Assembly (NCBI GenBank): GCA_951406725.2
Contig: OX597816.1
Location: 158,472,001-158,536,000 of the forward strand
Direction of reading: 5' to 3'
Length of the DNA stretch: 64,000 nucleotides
From: Octopus vulgaris
Lineage: Eukaryota
The translations under genes were made by a program, and so were the position numbers. Below, piece by piece: positions 38,815-52,200 of this stretch; position 1 is the first letter of the stretch, and each line of letters begins with the position of its first letter. Below the pieces are notes generated by a model, which was not told the DNA's origin, made no database searches, and saw only the letters and a list, made by a program, of their open reading frames with translations.

Positions 38815-39779
38815 TTAGACGCTTTGTCTTCAGGACCTTTTGGCACTGGGAAAATTCTGTCTTTATTTTAGTTCATAACAAACATGTAATCATGACTATT
38901 ATTCTACTTTCTGTTTCACTTTATGTATGTGATGGCTGACGAAATGTGGAAAAGAAAAAATTTCTCACAAAGGGTTTCCATGCATCTTTGACAAAGAAAA
39001 AATGGCTATGATTTAAAATTTTGGTGTTGTGAGCAGGATAATTGGGGAGAGAGAACCATTAAGATGTATTAAATGACTCCAGTTGGTTCAAACACATCTC
39101 TCTCTCACTCTGTTTGATTATGTATGTGTCTTTTCTTCATGCCTATTTGAAGAAGGGTCATGTTTATAGTCATTGGGGGTCATTTAATATATTTTAATGT
39201 TTCTCACATTTTCTCTCTCTCTCTCTCAATCTCTCTCTGATTATGTTTTTTTTTCTTCATGCCTGTGTGAAAAGGGGGACATTTATAGTCATTGGAGGTC
39301 ATTCAATACATTTTAATGTTTCTGTCTGTCTATCTATCTATCTATTTCTGATTATGTGTGTGTGTTAGCATATTTTTCTATGTGTATGAGGAGAGGGAAG
39401 TGTTTATGTCATCTCTCATTCATTCTATCAGTAATATGTATATTTCTACATGTGTGTGTGTGTGTGTGTGTGTGCTTCTAGTGCCAAAAAGTACTGTTGC
39501 CAAAAAAAAAAAAAAAAGGCCATTGCCAACACAGTTCCTATATCCAGTCAGCCATGCCAAGTTGTCAGCATCCAAACAGCAAAGCCCAATCATCTCATCC
39601 TATAATATCTTTTGTCAGTCAATATGACAGTCACCATGTTGTTACACAACTAGTTCTTCTTTTTCATAACATTTATATTTTCATTCAATAACATTTCTTT
39701 GTGAGGGTTGCTTTAAGCTATGGCATATTAGCTTTACTCATTCAGTTATAGAAAATTCAGTAAAAGTATTTGTTTAAAA

Positions 39780-40220
39780 TTTGTTGTATCTTGGGAGGAT
39801 AATAAATACATGCACTGGTTCTATTTCTTGTATCTTGGGAGGGTCGTAATAAACACATGCACTGGTTCTATTTCACTTCTTTATTTTCTATTAGTCATTT
39901 GGTTAACCAATTAACTAACCAGTTGTTTGATTAATCATTTGGTCTGTCAATCAATCATTATTAGGTCTGCCAGTCAATCAGCTAGGTCTTCCAAAGTTCT
40001 TTTGTTAGACCTAGAGCATTGATGAGATTGCAAATGGTAACTAAAGGTTTTTGATAAACCTGGCTGATTGATTGACTGAATGAGTGTTTAACCAAGCAAT
40101 CAGTTAGTTAATTGATTAAATGGTTAACCAATTCACCAAATAAAAATAAAAACAAAAGCAGAATAGAACCAGTGCATGTGTTTGTTATTTGCATAATGAC
40201 TCTTCTGAGATACAAAAAAT
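39780..40220. mobile_element. Old foldback MITE with a tandemly duplicated left end
   Basis: aaacacatgcactggttctatt..tggttaacca arm is mirrored by tggttaacca..aatagaaccagtgcatgtgttt. Confidence 0.7.
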
Positions 40221-42867
40221 TCCAACAGGAGTCAACATCAAGACTCTTGCAAACAAAGATTCTTCATAATAACTACAACTGATGATTCTATATTTGGTTA
40301 CTGTTTGAAATACAACACATTACAAGATGAATACTTAAAAATATACACAGCCTACACTGCAAACTTGGTGCTGCTTTTTTTTTCTCAAATAAAATAAATG
40401 TACATTCAGTAAATAAATGCAGTCTTTAAAAAAATTTTTTTTGTGAACTGTAGCAAAAATGTTATTATAATTTCTTCTTTACTCTTTTACTTGTTTCTGT
40501 CATTTGACTGTGGCCATGCTGGAGCACCGCCTTTTAGTTGAGCAAATCGACCCCAGGACTTATTCTTTGTAAGCCTAGTACTTATTCTATCTGTCTCTTT
40601 TGCCGAACCGCTAGGTTACGGGGATGTAAACACACCAGTATCGGTTGCCAAACGATGTTGGGGGGTGGGGGACAAACACAGACACATAAACTTACACACA
40701 TACATATATACATATATACGATGGGCATCTTTCAGTTTCCGTCAACCAAATCCACTCACAAGGCTTTGGTCGACCTGAGGCTATATTAGAAGACACTTGC
40801 CCAAGGTGCCACACAGTGGGACTGAACCCGGAACCATGTGGTTGGTAAGCAAGCTACTTACCACACATCCACTCCTACGCCTACTAAATATATATTTAAA
40901 ACATATACTGTCAGATTATGGAATGAAAGATAAGGAATCCAACTCAAATTCTTTGTAATATGACATGAGTCAGTGGTGAATTAAGAAATTTCAAACAATC
41001 CAATTACTTTGATACTTGTGCTTTCTGACCAAGAACTTGGAATATTTTACCACCCATTTCTATCCCACATGATGTTTTAAATATATATACATTTCAGTAC
41101 AGCAAATTCCTTGTAAATATTCCTTCTGTGTTGTTTGTATTAGCATGTTCTTAATAGTTGTCAATTGTCAAATTAACACCGATATGCAAATTTACTCACC
41201 ATGTTTAAATTGAGATACATTCTTGTCATAGTTTTAAACTGTTCCTTCTTGATAAACACAGTGTCAAGGTGAAACCTACAACAATCAATACACCGTATTG
41301 AATCTGAAGTTTCTAAATGATCACCTAATTTGACTGTATTTGCTGTGGGAAAATGTGTGTCCTTGTGTACATGATGCTGTTGTTTAGTCCCACATCAGCT
41401 GGATCTAGTAAAGCAGAAATACATCATCATCATCGTTTAAAGTCCATTTTCCACGCTAGCATGGGTTGGACGGTTTGACTGGGGTCTGAGAAGCCAGGAG
41501 GCTGCACCAGGCTCCAGTCTGATCTGGCAGTGTTTCTACAGCTGGATGCCCACTCCGTGAATGTAGTGAGTGCTTTTTATGTGCCACCAGCACAGGGGCC
41601 AGAGGAGACTGGCAACGGCCATGATTGGTAAGTGCTTTTTACGTGCCACCGGCACAGGCATATCATCATCATCATCATCATCATCGTTTAACGTCCGTTT
41701 TCCGCGCTAGCACGGGTTGGACGGTTTGACCGGGGTCTGGGAAGCCAGGGGCTGCTCCAGGCTCCAGTCTGATCTGGCAGAGTTTCTACGGCTGGATGCC
41801 CTTCCTAACGCCAACCACTCCGCGAGTGTAGTGGGTGCTTTTTACGTGCCACCTGCACAGGTGCCAGGGGGGGGGGGGTCCGGCATCGGTCACGATCGGT
41901 TCGAGCTTTTTAATGTGCCAGCGGCACGGAAGCCAGCCAAGGCAGCGCTGGCAACGTTCGGATGGTCTTTTTTTTTTTTTTTTTTTTCAATACACACATA
42001 TATATATCTTCCTCTTAGAATGTGACCAGTGAACTTTGTTGGCAGAAAACAAACTGTCTTAAATTAAAACTTGCCATCTGTTTGAAATTTAATCTTCCAT
42101 ATTAGTAGATAAATGTATAATTTAAGGCTTGTTGAAAGTTCTGTTGTTTTCAAAATAAACATTAAATGCAAAGAATCATGAACTTGGAGTGAAATTTAGT
42201 AAGTTTGTACAATGTTGTTGTTGGATATTTGATCACGTTTCTTAAAAAAGATAAATGCTCTGTCAGAACACTTCAGTCCGTATTTCCTTAAGGAGGAGAT
42301 ATCAAAGTTGAGAGAAGATTCTAGCAGAAAAAAAATAGTCTCAAAGAAAAAGTGAAAGAGAGGGAGAGAGAGAGAGAGAGAGCTAAATGTTTATAAATAG
42401 GAATATCATGTACGCCAGCTGTTTAGGATTTATTACTTTGCTGTATGTATGTGTATGTGTGTTAGTGTGTGTATGAGAGAGAGAGAGAGAAAAAGAAAGA
42501 GAACGTATGTATGTGTGTGGTGCACATGTGTGTATACATATAAGTAAGGATTTAGCAGAAGATAACCTACACTTGCTGTTAAATTCTTGAAAATGAAAAA
42601 AAAAAAAGAAAAAAAGAAAAAAGAAGGAAAAACACTTGGGCTGCAGGAAATTATTTCCTTCTTAATGAATAGATATCATGATATATAAAGATTTTGATTA
42701 TTTCTTAAAAGAAAAAGATAAAAAAACTGAGAACCTCATCAGATGTTGTGCTCCATAATGCATCAAGGAACACAGCTTATTAATAATCAAATATGGAATG
42801 AGCTTAAACAGTCCAACTATATTAAAACATGAGAGATTTCATTACATAAGACATAAACTAATTAATA

Positions 42868-43105
42868 CAGTGGTTCTCAACCATTCTTTGTCTACAGACC
42901 CCTCCAATTCCTATTTTACTCTATTGGGCCTGCATAGCCATTTACTGTATATAAAAACAAAATCTTGCTTAAATATTATTAGGAATTCTATAAAAAAATA
43001 TTTTGTGTATTGTAGAAGTACAACCAATTTGTTGCAGATAAATTTTAACAACCAAGTCTAATATGAATTTTCAAGGGCCTTTCGGACCCTGGTTGAGGAC
43101 CACTG
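42868..43105. mobile_element. hAT-type MITE
   Basis: TIRs CAGTGGTTCTCAACCA / TGGTTGAGGACCACTG; 8-bp TSD aattaata/atttaata (7 of 8 match). Confidence 0.8.
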
Positions 43106-43269
43106 ATTTAATAGAACCTCTCATTGAATTATCAGTTGTTTGGCTAAGTGGTTTCTTTAGCAATTTTTCCATTCAAACATAAGCCCCAAGTGTCATACCA
43201 TTTTATACAATAATCTGTTTATGTATGAGATATTCTGCAGCCAGTCATTGCAACTATGTCTGTTCATGG

Positions 43270-44390
43270 CTTTGGCATGACTTGATGAGTTTTCTCCAAT
43301 ACTGGTCAGTTTTTCGCTTGGGTTTGCCATTTATTTTGATCATTTCCTTTCCAAACCATGTTCCTTTTTGCAGTATCTTTAAATCTCAGTCTAGGCCTTC
43401 CCTGGTTTCTATTCCCCTTGCACAGTTGAGAGTAAAAGATTTGTCTGGGGAGTCTGCAACTGCCAATCCTGTGCATGTGGCCCAACCAACAAATTTCTAT
43501 CAATGAGGATTTCCATCATAGGAAGCAGACTAGTGCACCATAAGATCTCTTCATTCCTTATCTTCTCAAAACAGAATGATATTCATGATTTGTCATAGCT
43601 GTCTTATGATATATACATGTAACTTGTCAACTGGAGCTTTATAGACTGTCCAGATTTCAGCTCCATACAACAGGTAAGAAAGCACTATAATCTGGTACAC
43701 CTTACACTTAACATGCATAGAAACATGCCAATTTTCCCACAGTATCTCCTGCAGCCTTGTCAAATAAAGCATTAGCTCTGCTCATTCCGTATATGATTTC
43801 CTGATCCACACATGCATTATCTGAGATGGTGCTGCCTAAGTATTTGAATGTTTTGCACAGGCCAGCCTTTCATATCCAATAGTGATGTTTGCTTCTGTTA
43901 GAAGGGAATTTAGGTTCTCCATGGATTAGTAGAGGCATCCGATTTTTCTGATGTGAATCTTTAAGCTGAACTGTTGTGCAACTCTGGCAAAGTTATCTCC
44001 CCATTTCCACATATCTTCAGTGCTGTGGGCAACCAGTGCACTATCATCAGTGAACAGCTTCTCCCACACTAGAAACCTCGTAGTGCATACCTTGGCTTTA
44101 TACTATGCAGTATTGTACAAATCAGCATCCTGCCGAACTGGATGTAGGCCCCAGTCCAATTCCCTCAAATGCAACTTCCAACACTGTTGTGAGATAGGAG
44201 AACAGTGCTGGAGCAAGTACACACCCTTGTTTAACTCCATTTGTGACCACAAACTCACTTGAGGTATTGCTATCTTGTACTACCCTTCATGCAGGAACCT
44301 GTCCAGGTTGATGACCTTTCAAGGACATCCATCTTTCTTAAGAACCACCCAAAGTTCATCACCAGATACTGTGTTGAAAGCCTTTGTGAT
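43270..44390 (-). mobile_element. RTE/BovB-like LINE remnant (reverse transcriptase and C-terminus)
   Basis: GVKQGCVLAP, LFTDDSALVAH, FKYLGSTIS, LLYGAEIWT and WLGHMHR..RLPRQIFYSQL...GRPRLRFKD motifs, with frameshifts. Confidence 0.88.
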
Positions 44391-45029
44391 GTCTATAGTG
44401 CTTTTAAGGTTGAAAGAGCTGAATGTCAAGATGATATCATTCCTTAGCATGTCTAGTGTATGACTATCTGCACTTCTAAAGATAGTCTGTCATCTTTGAA
44501 TAGGCTAAAGTCTGTAGAGGTAAATATTTATTTAAGGAATCTAGGGTATACAATTCTATAAGATTACATGCCAGTGCTCTCAAACATCATGCTTACATCA
44601 AAGGAACAATCTGGGTTAAATCTCTCGATCCAGGAAGAGTCTTTGTAAAATAGCAGTTATTTTAGCATGCATTATGATGCCTATACCATTATTGCTTATG
44701 GTGTCATAAATTTTAGCTAATTCTAGTAGCTTAATGTTTTAGGGACTGATGGATAAAAATAGAAACTCTTATTGTGCACCAATTGAGTGCTCAGTAATTT
44801 TGTTTACCGATCTTTGCAAACATGAGGCTCAAATGTTAAACTATCTCATATCATAATTCTAGGATCTGTTAACATGATATTAAACTAAATTATCTTTTCT
44901 CATTAAGACCTTTTTCCAATGATTTAATATTTACTTGACATTTCTTTTACATTAAGGGCTACAATAGTCAAATTCAAAATAACATTTAATACAGTGAATA
45001 TTATGAATGTCAAATTGAATAAATTTGGC

Positions 45030-45270
45030 AGTTCTTATTACTAACTTTATTGAACCAAGTTATAATGGCACTATTATGACTACATTAGGCGAGGCTAGTA
45101 GTTTTTCTGATGTCATTAATCTTAGAATTTTCTTGTAAAATGGAGATTGGATTAGACTACCAGAAAATTCCAAGAAAGATTATCAATAACACCAGGAAAG
45201 CTACTAATCTTGTCTAATAGAGTATCAGTAATCATAACTGTGTTTGTAAAAATTAGCAATAAAAACAGTG
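45030..45270. repeat. Degenerate inverted repeat (old MITE)
   Basis: attaggcgaggctagtagtttttctg..gaattttcttgta pairs with taccagaaaattc..caggaaagctactaatcttgtctaat. Confidence 0.55.
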
Positions 45271-47269
45271 ACTAATTTGGAAGGGAAATTGGCCCTTAAT
45301 TGAATTCAGAACAATAATTTCAAATTTTGGCACAAGGCCAGCAACTTTGGGGGGGAGGTGTTAAGACAATTTCATTGACTCATGCTCAATTGGTGTTTAT
45401 TTTATCAACCCTGAAAGGATAAAAGGTAAAATTGACCTCAGAATGTGAAGACAGATGAAATACCAATAAGCATTTTGCCTGGCGTGAAAATGATTCAGCC
45501 TGCTCACTGCCTTTGGAATAATAATAATAATAATACCTTACATTAGTACAAGACTACAAATTTTTAGGGGAAAGGATAAAGTTGAGTGAATTAACTATAG
45601 TATATAGTTGCTAATTATTATTATATCAATCTTGTAATTTTGAAAGATAAAGCTGACCTTGATGGGATTTGAGCACAAAATATAAAGGAATGTAATTAGA
45701 ATGTGATTAGATACTGAAAAGGAATTTTCTGATGCCAATGTTTCCGCCTTCTACCCTAACAACACACACATGTATATATACAGGGTGTGATGGGTAAATT
45801 GTTGCTATTTTATATTTTTAATTTCATGCATGAAATCAATACTGCTTATCAGTCATTGATGGATACTTCTGATCACTGAAGTCTATCATCTGTTTGTTTG
45901 TTTGTTCCTTCTCAAGCCATGCCTGGCTCATAAGGGCCGGTTTCCTAGTTTCTTGATGTATAGGGTCCCCACCTGGATGGGACGCTGATCCGTCGCAGGT
46001 GAGCTGCAAGATGCAGGAGGAAAGAGTGAGAGAAAGTTGTGGCGAAAGAGTCAGCAGAAGCTTCGCCATTACCTTCTGCCGGAGCCGCGTGGAGCTTAGG
46101 TGTTTCGCTCATAAACACACACATCGCCCGGTCTGAGATTCGAACCCGCGATTCCTCAACCGCAAGTCCACTGCTCTAACCACTAGGCTATCATCTGTAG
46201 GAGTGTAAGGAAAAAATATATGAAACAACAATAAAAAGATTCACGGTAGAAGATATTTTTAATTACACCAGAACTGTACAAAGTGACTACAAAAATAGAA
46301 GTTATTACTGTACACTGTACTGTGGGAATATTTGATAGAAGACTTCAACACTTGTTTCAGAGCTGGCATAACACCACCACCACCACCACCACCAACACCA
46401 CCATCATTTGATTCCTTCCTATTCAATCTCTAACGAGACAAGGATCCAGTATGTTGTTGTATATGTGGAGATATCCAACTGTATTCATGTAATATAGAAT
46501 TGGAAGTATAAATGCTTGATATTCCAAAATGATGTCAATCCATACAACCAAAGATTAACTCTCGATGCCAACTTGTCCGAGACTGCCTCAAACTCTTTAA
46601 ATAAAAAAAGTCCACCGGTTTTAAAGTGTTCATATTTTAATTAAAACCTTCCATCATTGTTTTTGTTATGTTATAAAATACAAGCTTAATTAATGAAAAA
46701 CAAAAAGTTACTTAACTAAATTTCTCCAAATTTTTCATTGATTTTTAAAAAATATTAATTAAAACAGGCAGTTATTTTGATAGAAAAATAATTAGAAAAG
46801 CGTTAGAATTTTACATATTTTGCTTTGTTTTTGATTACTTCAGAGCTAGATAACAACAGTACTGATGGAAGGGAACATCTAGCTTGGAGTCTGAATCACT
46901 TTTCTAAAACATTCGTTTTGAAATGATTTTGTATTATTTTCTTTAGCCTGTGTCATAATAAAATTGATTGATATAATTATAGTGCGGACAACTCCATCAT
47001 CAATGAAACCCATGGTAGTTCTTCACCTCAATACTGTAAGTTTACAAAACACACACATATATATACATGGAGAGTAGGTGAGAGCTAGATATATTCAGTA
47101 TAAAAAACACTTAGCAGAGCTCAAATGAATTTGAACTTAAATACCAAATTTTTCATCTAGGGTTAGGTTCTTAACATCAAGAGTGGCTATAAGAGAGATC
47201 CAAGATGAGCTGATATGGAGGTAGTGATGCAGATAAACACAGTTAGGCTTGACACACATATACATGCAT

Positions 47270-47650
47270 ACTCTTTTACTTGTTTCTGTCATTTGACTGC
47301 GGCCATGCTGGAGCACCACCTTTAGTCGAGCAAATCGACCCCGGGACTTATTCTTTGTAAGCCCAGTACTTATTCTATCGGTCTCTTTTGCCGAACCGCT
47401 AAGTGACGGGGATGTAAACACACCAGCATCGGTTGTCAAGCAATGCTAGGGAGACAAACACAGACACACAAACACATACATATATACGACAGGCTTCTTT
47501 CAGTTTCCGTCTACCAAATCCACTCACAAGGCATTGGTCGGCCCGGGGCTATAGCAGAAGACACTTGCCCAAGATGCCACGCAGTGGGACTGAACCCGGA
47601 ACCATGTGGTTGGTTAGCAAGCTACTTACCACACAGCCACTCCTGCGCCT
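47270..47650 (-). mobile_element. CORE-like tRNA SINE with internal microsatellite (family B; other copies 28286-28718, 34063-34492, 40478-40882, 49408-49790)
   Basis: Head GGCGCAGGAGTGGCTGTGTGG..GGGTTCAGTCCC followed by CTTGGGCAAGT; tail GAAACAAGTAAAAGAGT; near-identical copies. Confidence 0.9.
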
Positions 47651-48919
47651 ATATACATATATATTATATATGCAGTGTTCATTTTGTCCTCATTACAGGA
47701 ATGAGCTGCACTTATTCCTCACGGTAACTATTTACAGCTAAGTAGACAGGACCATTGCAGATTAAACGTGTCTGGTATGGACGAACATGATGCACCATTG
47801 GTGAATGGATGTGATCTGAGAACACTTCAAATGACAGACCGACACCCTATTAACCTAGTCAGCTGCAACTTTGATTCTGTGATTAGAGGATTATGTAAGG
47901 AAGAAGTGGGAAAGATTTGCAAATAAAAAACAAACAAAAAATAGCAGTAGGCACTTTTAATTTGTTAGTAATGACGGAATGAATTGATTTCACATATAAT
48001 GGAGGACAACCTGCTTGAGTACAGCCATGCATTGGCATTCATGGCTCTTGTTTAACTTGCTAGCAATGTCTTGCAAAGCATAAGCACCTTTTCCTTACAA
48101 TGGTTGAAACAGGCGGGAGATCTCCATATGACTCTTTCTTGGTGGGATGAATTCTCCAAGATATGTATAAGACTGCAGGACCGAAAAGGATGGTGTTCAC
48201 AGGTTAAAAATGTCTGAGCAAGCTCAACCAGATGATGATAGGGGGATGAATAATACATTCTTACATATGGGTATGTGTGCATAGCAAGAAGGTACATTTA
48301 TTTATACACTGAATCTGATATTTTGAATTATTTGGAATTAAAAAAAAAAAGAGCTAATCTTTGACATATGCATAATTTGCTGGGGAAATAGATAATCCAA
48401 TGTTTAGAAAATATACAAGGTTGGGCAATGGTGGTAAATGCTGGAAGAGGATGTCAATGTAGGGAACACATGTTGATATTTATGGTTGTTCCTTTTTTGA
48501 TAAGAACTAGGGAGTAAGAATGATTCATGAGATAAGTTTTTTTTTTCTTTTCTGAGGAAAGAATTTAGTCTAGCTTTCTTTCCTGCTACTAACCCCTTGT
48601 AATTCACATGGAACATTCAAACACGCTAAATGCTCCCAGTTAGACTTTTCTTTAGTTTATGAAAGCTTGTACAGATTTTTCTTTTGCTAGTTTTAACCAC
48701 TGTCATCGCCTTGGACATCTTATAATCAATTAAATCACCCCCTAATACTTGATTAAAGGACTAAATTGGTACAGTCGCTAAAGCGTTGCATAGAATGCTC
48801 AGCAATATTTGTTCCAGTTCTTTGTACGCTGAGTTCAAATCCCACCAAAGTTGACCTTGTCTTTCGTCCTTTTAGGGTCGATAGAAAAAAGTACCAGGAT
48901 GGTGGATTACTAGCACTAT

Positions 48920-49235
48920 TATTGGCACTCCGACAGTTATGATGATGAGTGTTCCAGTTGATCTGATCAATGGAACAGCCTGCTTATGAAATTAACATGC
49001 AAGTGGCTGAGCACTCCACAGGCACTTGTACCCTTAATGTAGTTCTCAGGGAGATTCAGTGTGACACAGAAAGTGACAAGGCTGGCCCTTTTGAATTACA
49101 AGTACAACTCATTTTTGCCAGCTAATTTCACTGGAACAACACGAGATATAGTCTCTTGGTAAGGGGCACAATACACTGCCAGCAACTGAACTCACAACCT
49201 TATGATAATGAGCCGAATGCCCTAACCACCTAGCC
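48920..49235 (-). mobile_element. Additional SINE-like interspersed repeat
   Basis: tRNA-like head at the right end; partially similar sequence at 22745-22870 and 16475-16505. Confidence 0.5.
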
Positions 49236-52200
49236 AAACTAAAACTATTAGAAGGTCATGTGAGATGCCTCATAGTGTCTTTGCATTCTGAGAGGAGACT
49301 GGGGCCAAGCTGTAGTGACCTAAGTTTGGTGGATAAACATTAGTAGAAAGGAGAGAAAACTTGCATGCCTCGGTAACTGCCAGTCGTCTTCAAAATACTC
49401 TTCACATAGGCACAGGAGTGGCTGTGTGATAAGTAGCTTGATTACTAACCACATGGTCCTGGGTTCATTCCCACTGCATGGCACCTTGGGCAAGTGTCTT
49501 CTACTATAGCCTTGGGCTGACCAAAGCCTTGTGAGTGGATTTGGTAGACAGAAACTGAAGGAAGCCCGTCATATATATGTATATGTAAATATGTGTATGT
49601 GAGTGTGTATGCTTGACAACTGATGCTGGTGTGTTTACGTCACTGTAACTTAGCAGTTCAGCAAAAGAGACCGATAGAATAAGTACTAGGCTTACAAAGA
49701 CTAAGCTCTGGGGTCGATTTGCTCGACTAAAGGCGGTGCTCCAGCATGGCTGCAGTCAAATGACTGAAACAAGTAAAAGAGTAAAAGAGTATATATGTCC
49801 AGACATATGGCCAATATTAACCAACAGGGATCCTACATGTACTTGATAAGTTCTTATTTAATCAACCTAGGAAAGTTGATAAACTAAAGTCGATTTGAAC
49901 TCAGAATATAAAGTGCCATAACTAATACAGTATTTTATGCCATGCTGAAGCAATTCTGCCATAGATAAGTTTTAGTATAACAATGGATATTAATCATTTG
50001 AAACTGTCATAGTCATTTCATTATTCATTCTTTTATACATATATCTGTGGATCCTATTGTCCTTAGATCTAATCTTAACACTTCTTATTGTGTCTTTTTT
50101 CGCATGAATTCTTGCATAGGTACTTTGTAAAAAAAAAAACATCCTAAAATTCCTTATGAGGCAATAAAATTGTTTTTTATGACTCAATCAGAAGAAGAAG
50201 GACAGTACTTGTGACATTCTTGAGAGGCTTCTGAGAATAATTGAATTATAAGGAGACTGGACTATTGGCTAATAGACATGGTGTCATATAATGCTTTATC
50301 AAATTCACAACATATTACTCTGTCTGGGTATGTGTGTATGTGTAAACCCCAGACAATAAAATATATCATTGTTAAAGTAAAAGTACAAATTGGTGTTACA
50401 AAAACTAATCTTTAAAACACAGTGACCTTTCAAATCTGATTTGATGAAAGACAACACAAACCTGCTCTCATGTTGCAGAAGGTATTGAGGTCGAATAATC
50501 TCATGTCATCTCAAAATGGACAGATCTATGATGGAGGGGGGGGATTTTGAGGGTGATTTGGTTGTTATTTCTTAGAGGTCAATGTACAACGGAGAAGTTT
50601 CCAGGCTAGCTTAAGGACATTGTAGTTGCTGTTACTGCTGTTATCTGTAGGTCAGCTTTGATCAAGCAAAACTATAATCAAAAGCAGTCCAATAATGATC
50701 ATCCAATCTTTTTTTTAGGCATAACGTATCCTGATTACATTATCCAATGTATCTAAAAATTATGGTTTGTTACGAAGGAGATTTGACAGCTATTTCCAGC
50801 AAGTTGAATGACTGTACAGAGACCTACACACGGCTATATATGTGAGTGTTATACCTTTATGTTATGGTGATAGTAAATCACTAGATTTTGATTTTCCTTT
50901 CTTTTATTATGATCATTGATTTAATGCCCACTTTTCCAGGGTCAAATGAAATTTGTTTGGGCAAATTTTCTATTGTTGGATGACCTTTGCGTTTTGAAGC
51001 AACGTAATATTTCCCCATGGATTTTCACAAAAGACTGGAAATGAAGGACACAATGGTGAGCAAACACACACACACACACGCATACAGCATACATACAATG
51101 GGTTTCTTTCAGTTTCCTTCAACCAAATCCACTGATGAGGCTTTGATCAAGTCTGGGGCTATATTGCATAAAGTGCCATGCAGTGGGACTGAACTCAAAA
51201 CCACAAGATTGGAAAGCAAACTTCTTAGCCACACAGCCATGCCTATGACCTCTGAGGTTACTGGAATAGATACCAGTAATTTAGTGTCATTACTTGATTG
51301 TTCTAGGTTTCAAACAAATATTAGCTTTACATTTAATCAAATGTCTATCATTATGGCCATGAGTCAACTAAAACATTGTGACTAAAAATGGTAGATGGAA
51401 ACTATATGGACACTCATCAGAAGGATTGCCCTTGTTCTGGGTTGACATACTCTATTAGTCACTCAGTTTGATACCCATACCTGACTCTTGAGTAACTTTA
51501 ATGGAGCTTAGTCTGTTGTAAACATTTAGGCAGATGTCTGGTTTTCTTCCTTGCCTCCCATCAGTTTTGAAGGTACTAAAAAACCAAAAAAGAAAAGATT
51601 CTGTCTATGCCATTTTTTCCCTGACAAAAAGTGTCTAAGGTGCAGGAATATTGGCTGAAGATCAAGAGTTCAATCTCTGCAATAAACACCTTTATCTGTG
51701 ACATTATATCACCTGTGTTACCGGATTTTTCTTACCCTCCCCCAACAATAATTTTATAATTCATGCTGATCTCTATTTTAATATTAATGTACTTTAAATT
51801 TTGAAGAGATTAGAAAATACGTATATAAAGTAAAAGTCAGATTATTGGTCCTCTTAAACCAAGGTCATTGTAATACTTCAACAGTTATTATTACAATGAT
51901 ACAATGCTTATCTTCTTTTTAAATAGGTTAAGAATTTTGTCCACTGAAGACCAAGAGGTAAATTATGAGCATTACCAACAAAGGTTCTCTCTTCTTCATT
52001 GCTTAGTAATTGAAGCAGGAAGAATATAATGCTTTGCTCAGGGAATACTTCTGCCTCAGAAGGGGAATATAAATTGTATGTTTTACCCAGGCATATTATA
52101 ACATAGGAAATGGAACATAAAATTGGTATCTTACTCATGACACATCATAAAACCACTGAAAGAGAAGTTTTGTGTCTTAGCCCATTGCATGTTATATAAA

